Source: Gemmatimonadota bacterium
GTDB taxonomy: Bacteria; Gemmatimonadota; Gemmatimonadetes; Longimicrobiales; RSA9
Length of the DNA: 64,000 nt
Reading direction: 5' to 3'
Assembly: GCA_037388885.1 (NCBI GenBank)
Contig: JARRJS010000038.1
Span: forward strand, 5,515 to 69,514
Under the pieces are notes generated by a model. The model had not been told where the DNA came from. It saw only the letters and a list, made by a program, of their open reading frames with translations, and did not search any database. The position numbers and the translations under genes are program-made. This document shows positions 55,531-64,000 of this stretch, one piece after another; position 1 is the stretch's first letter, and every line of letters begins with the position of its first letter.

Positions 55531-58500
55531 GTGCCACGGCCCAATGATGCGGCTCGGGCGTCGTCCGCGCCCTCATCGGAGGGCGCGGTGGAGGGTGGAC
55601 GCGGCGTAGCGTCATACACCGCGGCCCTGGCGGCGGCGTACGTTTCGGTCGTGCTGCTGCTGGTGTGGGCGCGCGAGCTGCGAACGTCCTACATCGTGGC
55701 ATCGCTGGTGTTGCTGGTGATCGGGGCGTGGCTGACGTGGCGTCAGCGTCGGTGGGGCGGGGTGCGAGGAGACCTGATGTACGTCGGTTGTGGCGTGATG
55801 CTGCTGGCACTGGTGTCGGCGACGGCGATCGAACATCGGTTGTATCGCGTGGCGTCCGACTGGACGTCGTATTCGAAGGCCCGGGAAGGGGCGCACGCGG
55901 CCGAGCTGGGGCGTCGCATGGATGGTCTCGTGGAACGCGGCCGCAGGGTGGTGGAGGCGGCGGTGCAACGTTCCGCTTCCGGCGGGGACACGCTTTTCGA
56001 CGCCCTGGGCGGGCTGCAGCGACGGTCCGGTGTGCAGGCGATCGTGGCGTTCGACAGCGTAGGACAGCCCGTGGCGTGGGCGGGCGATCACCGGGGGCCG
56101 ATCCCGGATCCGGTGCGGAGCGGGTCCCGGTCGATCTTCTATGGGGAGCGGCCGTTGTTCGGCTACCTCTACTTCATGCGGCCGGTGCCTCGGTACCATC
56201 GCCGTGTGGCCGTGGCCGTCCTGCTGGAAACCGATCTGCCGGGTGAACAGTCGGGGCCGGGGTTCGCATCGCGCTTCGCCAGGGTAACGGGTGAACGTCC
56301 GCGCTTCGCCGTCGGAGGTGCGCCGGACGCGGCTTGGAGTCTGGTGGCGGCGGGCGACACGATTGTGCATGCCACGTTCGCTGCGCCGGACCAGGCGGGC
56401 CAGCGCACGGAGGTCGCCACCGCCGGACGGCGCATTGTCTCCATGCTTCTGCTGGTCGTGTTCATCTTCCTGTCCGCGGCGTGGCTGCGGCCGGTGGAAC
56501 ACCGGCGGGGTGCAGCGAGCGCGATGCCCCTGCTGGCGTTGGCTGCGGCGCTGCTGGTTGCGCCGCTGGGTCGTACGCTGGGCTTGCAACGCCTCTTCTC
56601 GCCGATGCTTTTCGTGCTGCCGATGCCCGGAGACATTGTGCTGGAGAGCGTGCTCGTGACCCTGCTGCCGGCCGCGGCGCTCATGGCCACGTATCACGAC
56701 CGCTCGCGTCGGAACCGGTCCTTCTACTGGCGGATCGTGTTGGGTGGTGCAGGCGTGGCGGTCGTGTTCGCCGGCGGCATGTGGCTGCTCCAGAAGAGCG
56801 CTGCATCGGACATGCTCCAGGGCGGTGCGCCTCTCTGGCTGGGGTTCCAGGTCGCCGCGCTGGTCCTGTTCACGCTGGTGGCGAGACTGGCCCTGCCGCG
56901 TGGACGGGGCGTAGGGCGGCGCAGTCGCTGGCTGGCCGGCGGTGCCGGTCTGGCCCTGGTGTTCATTCTCGTTGTCGTCCTGCTGGCGGTCTGGCGCCTG
57001 GGCCATGTGGTGGATCCCGCACTGCTGGCCCTCTGGGCAGTTCCGTGCATGCTTCTGGCGTTAGCGCTGGCGCCGTACGACGGCCGCGGACAGCGGCTGG
57101 TGCGCTGGCTGGCGGCGGGGTTCCTGGCCGCCACGGCCGTGGTGCCGCATACCTGGACGTTGAGCGGCGAGGCCCAGCTGAGGAACGCGGAACAGCAGCT
57201 CAACACGCTGGGGACGCGTGCGGATCCGTTTCTGTACTACGTGCTGCGGCGCTTTGCGGACGAAGTACAGGCGCAGCAGGAACGGGGAGCGGACAGCACG
57301 CGGCTGCTGTACGGCGCATGGTTGGCTAGTGGGCTCGCGCGCGAACCGTATCCGCTGAACCTGACGCTTTGGAGCACCGATGACCAGGCGTTGGTGGTGC
57401 TGCCGCTGGGTGGGGTCAACGCCCCGCGGGAACGGCCGCCCGCCTTCCTGACCCGGATCCTGGATCGAGCCCGGCGGCAGGACGTGTCGCTGACACAGGC
57501 GGTGCACGGCGAAGCGGAGGTGAACGAGGTCCTGGCGGTGCCTCTGGAAAAGGGGCGCGTGGTCTCGGTGGTGGTGGCGCCGCGGCGGCAGTTCGAGCGG
57601 ACCTCGCCCCTGGCGCAGCTGCTGGGTGGTGAGAGCACCTCGCAGATGCGCCTCGAGCTGGTGCCGGCTTCCGTGTTGTCGCAGAAGGTACCCGGCCGCG
57701 TTCGCTGGCGAGCGACGGACACGGGCTGGCGCAGCGAGACCACGGTGCCGTATCCCACGGGCTACTACGAGGCGCATCTGGAGTACCGGTTGCCACCGGC
57801 CGGAGTGCGGTTCGCCAGGGGCATGCTGGTGATTGCAGCAGACCTGGCATTTCTGCTGTTGCTCTGGGCCGTGGGTCGGCTCGCCCGCGGCGATCCGCCG
57901 GTGCCGCCGGGTGGCTGGGCGGCCTGGCTGGCCAGCTTCCGCGCACGGGTCACCCTGGCGCTCTTCGCCTTCTTCCTGCTGCCCACCGTGATCTTCGGCT
58001 GGGCGACGTATCAGGCGCTGGCCGAGGAGGTTGTGCGCTCCGCTCGCGTCGTGGCGGAGCGTGCCGTGGCGGAAGCCGCGACCACGTTTCCGGACACGGA
58101 TCTGCCGGAGCTGTCGGCCCGCATCGGAGAAGAGGTGCTCTACCTGCACAAGGGTGAGCTGATCGAGGCTTCGTCGCCCGAAGCGCTGGACCTGGGCCTC
58201 TACGGCGCATGGATGCCGCCGTCGGTCTACCGACTGCTTGAAACAGGTGAAGAGATCCACACCGTGGACACGCGGGAGCTTGCGGGGCGTCACTACCTGG
58301 TGGCATACCGCCGGATGCTACCTGCCGGCACGCTCGGCGTGCCCGTCTGGCTGTCCGCCGGCGATGTCGCCGTCCGCCAGCGCGAGCTGCTGCACCTGGT
58401 GCTGTTCGCTGCCCTCGTGGGGGGGTTGCTGTCCCTGGGGCTTTCCGTGCTCGTCGGTCGGGCCTTGGCCGGGCCGCTGGGCGCGCTACGGCGCGGTGCA

Positions 58501-59337
58501 GCCGCGGTGGGGGCGGGACGTCTGAGCGTGCGGCTGCCTGCGCAGCGAGGCGACGAGTTCGGCGAGTTGTTCGCGTCGTTCAACCGGATGGCGCGCCGAC
58601 TCCAGCGGGCGCGAGCCCGCGAGCTGCACACGGCCCGCGTTCTGGCCTGGGGGCAGATGGCGCGCCAGGTGGCTCACGAGATCAAGAACCCGTTGACGCC
58701 CATCAAGCTGGCCGTCCAGCACGTGCAACGGGTGTTCAAGGACCGACGCCCCGATTTCGAAGAAGTACTGGACACAAACGCGAAGGAGATCCTGGCCGAG
58801 ATCGAGCGTCTGTCGGAGATCGCCCGCGTATTCTCGCGCTACGGTGCACCGGCGGAAGCTGCGGGTCCGCTGGAAGCGGTCAATGTCCCGGTGGTAGTAC
58901 GGGAGGCGTTGACGCTGTATATGGCGGGCGACGAGGATATCGAATACCGGTTGGAAGTGGACGCGCCGCCCCCCGCCATGGCTCGCGCGTCGGAGCTGAA
59001 AGAGGTTGTTCTCAACCTTCTGGAAAACGCACGCCTGGCGGTGGAGGGGTTCGGTTCGGTGGGCGTTCGCGTGCGCGGGCGGGATGGGGGTGTGGTGGTC
59101 AGCGTCCAGGACGACGGGGAGGGGATCCCGCGCGACCAGTTGGCCCGGATCTTCGAACCGCATTTCTCGACGCGCTCCTCGGGCACCGGCCTGGGTCTCG
59201 CCATCGTGCGACGTCTGGTGGAGGGATGGGGTGGGGCCATCGAGGCGGACAGCGAACCGGGCGTGGGCACGACGATCCGGTTGTGGATTCCGGGGGCAGA
59301 CGCGGACGACGGCGTCGGTGAGACGCAGGTGCGCTGA
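55531..59337 (+). CDS. Large multi-TM sensor histidine kinase (HAMP-HisKA-HATPase, NtrY-like; start uncertain)
   Basis: More than 10 hydrophobic segments, HAMP DEFGELFASFNRM, H box ARQVAHEIKNPLTP, NLLENA, DDGEG, FEPHFST and GTGLGL. Confidence 0.92.
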   Translation: MPRPNDAARASSAPSSEGAVEGGRGVASYTAALAAAYVSVVLLLVWARELRTSYIVASLVLLVIGAWLTWRQRRWGGVRGDLMYVGCGVMLLALVSATAIEHRLYRVASDWTSYSKAREGAHAAELGRRMDGLVERGRRVVEAAVQRSASGGDTLFDALGGLQRRSGVQAIVAFDSVGQPVAWAGDHRGPIPDPVRSGSRSIFYGERPLFGYLYFMRPVPRYHRRVAVAVLLETDLPGEQSGPGFASRFARVTGERPRFAVGGAPDAAWSLVAAGDTIVHATFAAPDQAGQRTEVATAGRRIVSMLLLVVFIFLSAAWLRPVEHRRGAASAMPLLALAAALLVAPLGRTLGLQRLFSPMLFVLPMPGDIVLESVLVTLLPAAALMATYHDRSRRNRSFYWRIVLGGAGVAVVFAGGMWLLQKSAASDMLQGGAPLWLGFQVAALVLFTLVARLALPRGRGVGRRSRWLAGGAGLALVFILVVVLLAVWRLGHVVDPALLALWAVPCMLLALALAPYDGRGQRLVRWLAAGFLAATAVVPHTWTLSGEAQLRNAEQQLNTLGTRADPFLYYVLRRFADEVQAQQERGADSTRLLYGAWLASGLAREPYPLNLTLWSTDDQALVVLPLGGVNAPRERPPAFLTRILDRARRQDVSLTQAVHGEAEVNEVLAVPLEKGRVVSVVVAPRRQFERTSPLAQLLGGESTSQMRLELVPASVLSQKVPGRVRWRATDTGWRSETTVPYPTGYYEAHLEYRLPPAGVRFARGMLVIAADLAFLLLLWAVGRLARGDPPVPPGGWAAWLASFRARVTLALFAFFLLPTVIFGWATYQALAEEVVRSARVVAERAVAEAATTFPDTDLPELSARIGEEVLYLHKGELIEASSPEALDLGLYGAWMPPSVYRLLETGEEIHTVDTRELAGRHYLVAYRRMLPAGTLGVPVWLSAGDVAVRQRELLHLVLFAALVGGLLSLGLSVLVGRALAGPLGALRRGAAAVGAGRLSVRLPAQRGDEFGELFASFNRMARRLQRARARELHTARVLAWGQMARQVAHEIKNPLTPIKLAVQHVQRVFKDRRPDFEEVLDTNAKEILAEIERLSEIARVFSRYGAPAEAAGPLEAVNVPVVVREALTLYMAGDEDIEYRLEVDAPPPAMARASELKEVVLNLLENARLAVEGFGSVGVRVRGRDGGVVVSVQDDGEGIPRDQLARIFEPHFSTRSSGTGLGLAIVRRLVEGWGGAIEADSEPGVGTTIRLWIPGADADDGVGETQVR

Positions 59338-59366
59338 GCGGGCTGGAGGAGCGACATACGAAGGGC

Positions 59367-59387
59367 GCGGGCGACTTGGTCGCCCGC
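59367..59387. terminator. Hairpin between the convergent kinase and degP genes
   Basis: GCGGGCGAC-TTG-GTCGCCCGC, a perfect 9-bp stem. Confidence 0.55.
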
Positions 59388-59398
59388 ACCGCCGTGGA

Positions 59399-60913
59399 TC
59401 AGCGGATCCGGTAGTTGGTGATCTGCGGTTCCGTCTGGCCCGTTGCGATGATCTTCAAGGAAACCACGTCGCCCGACTTCAGGTCGGCGGCGATGTGCTC
59501 CACATCACTCGGGCTGTTCACCTTCTTGCCGTTGATGGACAGCACGACGGTGCAACGCCCCACTCGTCCTGCGGCCGGGCTGATGGGATCCACCGACGTG
59601 ACCACGACGCCGGCCCCCGACGGCACCTGGCATTGCCTGGCGATGTCGTTGGTCAGGTTCGTGGTCTTGAAGCCCAGCAGTCGCTCGGCGCGCGGCCGGT
59701 TGTCGGTTGTGGTCTCCTGGGTCTTCTCCGTCGGGAACTCACCCAGCTTCACCTTCACCCTCGTGGGCTTGCCGTTCCGCATGATGCCCAGTGTCACCAC
59801 GTCGCCCGGCTCAAGGCGCGCCAGCTTCGTGGTCAGGTCGACATTCGTCTGGATGGAGTCACCGTTCACGGTTTCGATCACGTCCCCCATCTTCAGACCC
59901 GCCTCGTCCGCTGGGCTACCCTTCTGCACCTGGCTCACCAGCGCGCCCGAGATCCTGGGCAGTTTATAGAGCTGTGCGTCGGCATCGCTCACAGGGCCGA
60001 CCAACACGCCCAGCCGCGGCCGGCGCACGTGTCCGTACTTGATCAGGTCCTTCGCCACGCGGATGGCCAGGTCGACGGGAATGGCGAAGCCCTGGCCGGC
60101 GTATTCGCCCGTGGACGAAATGATGGCCGAGTTGATGCCCACCACCTGGCCCAGCAGGTTCACCAACGGTCCGCCCGAGTTGCCCGGGTTTATGGACGCA
60201 TCGGTCTGGATGTAAGCCTCCAGCGCCGACTGGTTCGGCTGTCCGTTGCCGTTGCCCTGATTCTGCAGAATGCCAATACTGCGCCCCTTCGCGCTCACGA
60301 TGCCTGCCGTGACCGTGAACTGGAGGCCCAGTGGGTTCCCCAGCGCCAGCACCCAGTCACCCACCTGGAGGTCGTCCGAGTTGCCGATGTGCGACACCGG
60401 CAGCGGTTTCCCGTCCTTCGGGTCGATCTTGATGACGGCGATGTCCGTGTTCGGATCGGCGCCGACCACCTTCGCGGTGAACACCCGTCCGTCCAGCAGC
60501 GTGACCTGCACATCCGTCGCGTTCGCCACGACGTGCCGGTTCGTGATGATGTAGCCGTCCTTCGTATAGATGAACCCGGAACCCGCGCCCTCCCGCACCT
60601 GCGGCTGATTCGGGATGTTGAAGAACGGCGCCAGCTGCGGTGGGATCTCCGGGTGCTGTGCCTGCTCCTTGGACACCACCTTGATGAAGACCACGGCGGG
60701 TAGCGCGATCTTGGCCGCCACCCGGAAGGTCGCCGAGAGGTTCTCGGCGGTGAGCGTGTCGACGTTGGCCGGAACCGTGCCCAGCTCACGCTTGAGGTTC
60801 TGGGATGGCTGTTGCTGCTCCTGCGCCAGCGCGTCCTGCTGGCCACCGCACGCGGCCAGCAGGGCGACGAAAAGCGCGAGGGTTCTTCGCGCCAAAAGCC
60901 TCGATTGGAACAT
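59399..60913 (-). CDS. degP: DegP/HtrA serine protease (trypsin + 2 PDZ), lipoprotein
   Basis: LAAC lipobox, GSGF, TNRHV, DIAV, QTDASINPGNSGG and two PDZ domains. Confidence 0.93.
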   Translation of the reverse strand: MFQSRLLARRTLALFVALLAACGGQQDALAQEQQQPSQNLKRELGTVPANVDTLTAENLSATFRVAAKIALPAVVFIKVVSKEQAQHPEIPPQLAPFFNIPNQPQVREGAGSGFIYTKDGYIITNRHVVANATDVQVTLLDGRVFTAKVVGADPNTDIAVIKIDPKDGKPLPVSHIGNSDDLQVGDWVLALGNPLGLQFTVTAGIVSAKGRSIGILQNQGNGNGQPNQSALEAYIQTDASINPGNSGGPLVNLLGQVVGINSAIISSTGEYAGQGFAIPVDLAIRVAKDLIKYGHVRRPRLGVLVGPVSDADAQLYKLPRISGALVSQVQKGSPADEAGLKMGDVIETVNGDSIQTNVDLTTKLARLEPGDVVTLGIMRNGKPTRVKVKLGEFPTEKTQETTTDNRPRAERLLGFKTTNLTNDIARQCQVPSGAGVVVTSVDPISPAAGRVGRCTVVLSINGKKVNSPSDVEHIAADLKSGDVVSLKIIATGQTEPQITNYRIR

Positions 60914-61122
60914 GTAGTACCTCACGTTTTCTAGGTTCTGTTTCACTGCGTCGAACGATGCCGCCCGCGGGAATACGCAGGGTGCGTGCCCGCAGGGGGA
61001 ACGGTCATGATCGGGCGCGTGGACCAACGGGAATCGCGTGGACCGGACCCATCAGCGGCGCACCGGGGTTTCACCAGGCAATGGGATGACACGACAGCCC
61101 TGCAGGGTTGTCTCCCGGTCGT

Positions 61123-61159
61123 CCAACGTTTCCGGCCCCGAGCGCGTCTAGATGACGAC
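61123..61159 (+). promoter_or_regulatory. ECF sigma-type promoter of the second tolC operon
   Basis: CCAAC-N17-CGTCTA follows the AAC/CGT ECF pattern. Confidence 0.55.
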
Positions 61160-61189
61160 AAACCAGCCGATCACCACCAGGGGACGAGC

Positions 61190-62557
61190 ATGAACGGGTT
61201 GAGGATGCAAGGGTGGCGGACCGCAGCCGGGATGCTGCTGGTTGCCGGCGCGTTGTGGCCGGCGACGTCCGTCGCACAGGTCACACCGGACACATCGATG
61301 CCTACCATGGCGGGCATTCAGATGCCGGTGCCGTCGGACACTTTGACGATGCAGCAAGCCGTGGACCAGGCGTTGCGCGTGCTTCCGCAGATCGTCCAGG
61401 CGGAGACTTCCGTACAGACGGCGCGCATGAGCGTGACACAGCAGTGGGCGTCGATGCTGCCGAGCCTGTCGATGTCCACGGGCGCGTCGGTGTCAGGGTC
61501 GCAGCGGTTCAACCCCGAGACGAACACAGTCGTCACCAGCCCGTCCAGCAACAGCTACAACGCAGGCCTGTCCAGCTCGTTGACGCTCTTCGCCGGCGGC
61601 CGCAATATCGCGCGGTTGCACGCCGCGCAGGCAGACGCGACCGCGGCGGATGCCACCTTGAGGGAGCAGCGTTACAGCGTGGCGCTGTCCGTCAAGCAGG
61701 CCTTCTTCACTGTGTTGCGGGCGCAGGAACAGATCGCCGTAGGGCAGGCGAACGTGAAGTTGGCGCAGGAGAACCTGGATGCCGCGACGCGCCGCCAGCA
61801 GGTGGGGTCGGGGACGATCTCGGATGTGCTGCAGGCGCGCGTTCAGGTGATGAACGCGCAGCAGTCGCTGCTCAGCACGCAGTCGCAGAAACGGACGGCG
61901 ATGTTCGCCCTCGGGCGGCTCGTGGGCGTGGACGGGCCGGTGGAAGCACGCCTGGAGCAGCCGCTGGAGCCGCGACCGCTGGCGCTCAGTCGCGACTCCC
62001 TGATGTCTCTGGCGATGCTGGCGTCGCCCAGCGTCAACGCGGCCGTGGCGACGAAGCGGGCGCGTGACGCGAGCCGGACGGCGGCACGCGCCGCTTGGTT
62101 CCCGTCCATTTCAGCCTCGGGCGGCTACACCGTGGTGAATGACAACCCGACGCTCAACAATTCCGCCAACAGCTGGCGTATCAGCCTCGGCCTGTCCTAC
62201 CCGCTCTTCAACGGACTGCAGCGGGAAAGCTCCATCGAGCAGGCCAACGCGCAGGCCGCGGTGGCAGATGCCCAGCTGGCGGATGCGCGCCGCAGTGCGC
62301 GCAGCCAGCTGGAAGCGTTGCTGTCCTCGCTCGACGTCGCGCGTCAGCAGGTGACCCTGCTGCGCCAGACGCTGTCCGCCGCGGAGGAAGCGCTGCGGGT
62401 CCAGCAGGAGCGGTACCGGGTCGGGGCGTCCACCATTCTCGACCTGATCACATCGCAGGCGGCGCGGGTGCAGGCAGAAATCAACCTCATCGGTGCACGT
62501 TACGATTACCAGATCGCGCTCGCTCAGCTCGAGGCTCTGGTTGGGAGGGAACTGTGA
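61190..62557 (+). CDS. TolC family outer membrane protein
   Basis: Signal peptide SVA|Q, LTMQQAVDQAL, WFPSIS, YPLFNG and RYRVGASTILDL motifs. Confidence 0.92.
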   Translation: MNGLRMQGWRTAAGMLLVAGALWPATSVAQVTPDTSMPTMAGIQMPVPSDTLTMQQAVDQALRVLPQIVQAETSVQTARMSVTQQWASMLPSLSMSTGASVSGSQRFNPETNTVVTSPSSNSYNAGLSSSLTLFAGGRNIARLHAAQADATAADATLREQRYSVALSVKQAFFTVLRAQEQIAVGQANVKLAQENLDAATRRQQVGSGTISDVLQARVQVMNAQQSLLSTQSQKRTAMFALGRLVGVDGPVEARLEQPLEPRPLALSRDSLMSLAMLASPSVNAAVATKRARDASRTAARAAWFPSISASGGYTVVNDNPTLNNSANSWRISLGLSYPLFNGLQRESSIEQANAQAAVADAQLADARRSARSQLEALLSSLDVARQQVTLLRQTLSAAEEALRVQQERYRVGASTILDLITSQAARVQAEINLIGARYDYQIALAQLEALVGREL

Positions 62558-62577
62558 AATCTCAAGGGAGGGACCCC

Positions 62578-64000
62578 GTGAAGCGAGCGTTCCTGACACT
62601 TGGCGTCTTCGCACTGATGGGCGGCGTAGTCGCCGGCTGTCGGCAAAGCGCTGCATCGGAGACGGACACGTCGGACGAGACTGCGGCGGTGCAGCGGGGC
62701 AACCTGAACATCCAGGTCGAGGCGTCGGGCTTGCTGGAGCCGATCAAGGTCGTGGAGGTCAAGTCGAAGGCATCCGGTGAGATCCTGGCCTTGCACGTGG
62801 ACATTGGCGACCACATCCAGCAGGGTACCCTGATGGCGGAGATCGATCCGCGCGACGTGCGCAACGCGCTCGCCCAGGCGCAGGCCGATCTGGAGGTGGC
62901 GCAGGCGCGCGTGCAGGTGTCGGAAGCGCAGCAGAAGCGCTCGAAGGAGTTGCGGGACGCCAACGTCGTCGCGGAATCGGACTACGAAACGTCCGTGCTG
63001 GACGCCGCCAACGCGCGGGCCGCGCTCATCAAGGCACAGACGAATCTCCAGCTGGCCAAGGAGCGCATGGGCGACGTGCGGATCACCGCGCCCATCACCG
63101 GCACGATCCTGACCAAGAGCGTGGAGGCCGGGCAGATCATCGCGTCGGCGAGCCAGAACGTGTCGGGCGGCACGACGCTGATGCAGATGGCTGACCTGTC
63201 CACGATGCGCGTGCGGACGCTGGTGGACGAGACGGACATTGGCAAGGTGAAGCCGGGCCTGACCGCCGAGGTGAGCGTGGAAGCGTATCCCGGACGGACG
63301 TTCGTCGGACACGTGGAGAAGATCGAGCCCCAGGCGGTGGTGGACCAGAACGTCACCATGTTCCCGGTGCTGGTGCTGCTGGACAACCAGGAAGGCCTGC
63401 TGCGGCCGAACATGAATGCGGAAGTACAGATCCACGTGGCGGATCGGCAGGATGTACTGCTCATACCGAACGCGGCCGTGGTGAGCATGGCGGATGTGGC
63501 GGCGGCGGGTGCCGTGCTGGGCCTGGATGCGGATGCCATGCGGCAGCAGACGCGGCCGGCCGGCGGTTCCGGACGGCCAGGTGCCGGCAATGGCGGCCCT
63601 GAACCCACAGGCGGTCAGGGGTCACAAGCGCAGGCCACGCCCACGGCTCAGGAACGTCCGGCTGAGGGCGCGAAAGCGGCCAACGCCGCCGACCCGAAGC
63701 CCGCCGGCACGGACGCGCAGGTGGCGTCCGCGCCCAGTCAGGAAGACTGTCGCGCGCTGTTCGGCAAGATCCGCCAGGCAGGCGGCCCGAGCGGGTTGAG
63801 CGAGGCGGACCGCGCCACCATGGCCGCGTGCCGGCAGGAGTTCGCCGGCCGGCGTGGTAACGGCGGCGGGCCCAGGATCGTGAATGGCGTAGAGGTGCGC
63901 CGGGCGATGGTCTTTGTCCAGACCGCCCAGGGTCCCCAGCCAAGGCCCGTGGAGCTCGGCCTGAACGACTGGGACCAGTCAGAGGTCGTGAGTGGTCTCA
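62578..64000 (+). CDS. Efflux periplasmic adaptor (MacA-like lipoprotein), truncated at the window end
   Basis: GTG after an AAGGGAGG RBS; VKRAFLTLGVFALMGGVVAGC lipobox, VEVKSKASGEI, ITAPITGTI, VDETDIG and LRPNMNA; open to the end of the window. Confidence 0.9.
   Translation, partial: MKRAFLTLGVFALMGGVVAGCRQSAASETDTSDETAAVQRGNLNIQVEASGLLEPIKVVEVKSKASGEILALHVDIGDHIQQGTLMAEIDPRDVRNALAQAQADLEVAQARVQVSEAQQKRSKELRDANVVAESDYETSVLDAANARAALIKAQTNLQLAKERMGDVRITAPITGTILTKSVEAGQIIASASQNVSGGTTLMQMADLSTMRVRTLVDETDIGKVKPGLTAEVSVEAYPGRTFVGHVEKIEPQAVVDQNVTMFPVLVLLDNQEGLLRPNMNAEVQIHVADRQDVLLIPNAAVVSMADVAAAGAVLGLDADAMRQQTRPAGGSGRPGAGNGGPEPTGGQGSQAQATPTAQERPAEGAKAANAADPKPAGTDAQVASAPSQEDCRALFGKIRQAGGPSGLSEADRATMAACRQEFAGRRGNGGGPRIVNGVEVRRAMVFVQTAQGPQPRPVELGLNDWDQSEVVSGL

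Noticed and set aside
1-64000. CRISPR array, rRNA, IS transposase or prophage genes
   Set aside because: No regularly spaced repeats, rRNA signatures, transposase or phage structural motifs were seen

Overview
This is a GC-rich bacterial chromosome segment. Gene content and order (ispE-tRNA-Gln-prs-rplY-pth-hppA; ffs-dnaX-ybaB-recR-mglB-mglA-pgsA-cinA; bshB1) suggest Gemmatimonadota, which is an inference. Most of the window is dense housekeeping genes: NAD/PLP/isoprenoid synthesis, ribosomal proteins, smc, grpE-dnaJ, mnmA-iscS, two TolC efflux operons, an HtrA protease and a large sensor kinase. The main accessory feature is a ~2.7 kb decayed integrative element in the 3' end of ychF, bounded by a 14-bp direct repeat TTTCGCTTCAACGT (18061-18074 and 20730-20743). 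It holds a tyrosine-integrase remnant, a multiply frameshifted secreted-protein gene, and two diverged colinear 178-aa paralogs (signal peptide, small beta domain, Cys-looped glycine-zipper hairpin, C-terminal Trp), one starting with ATT. Other oddities are heptamer (GCAGGTN) inverted-repeat elements, an SMC with a reduced hinge coupled to a pseudo-ATPase/TM/SPOR protein, a His-less HPt-like protein, a probable ATC start for hflX, an SRP RNA with a non-GNRA loop, a sigma54-type promoter at grpE, and an ECF-like motif shared by both TolC operons. Lesions in pgsA and dnaJ may be assembly errors. All calls come from reading motifs by eye; no database searches were run.
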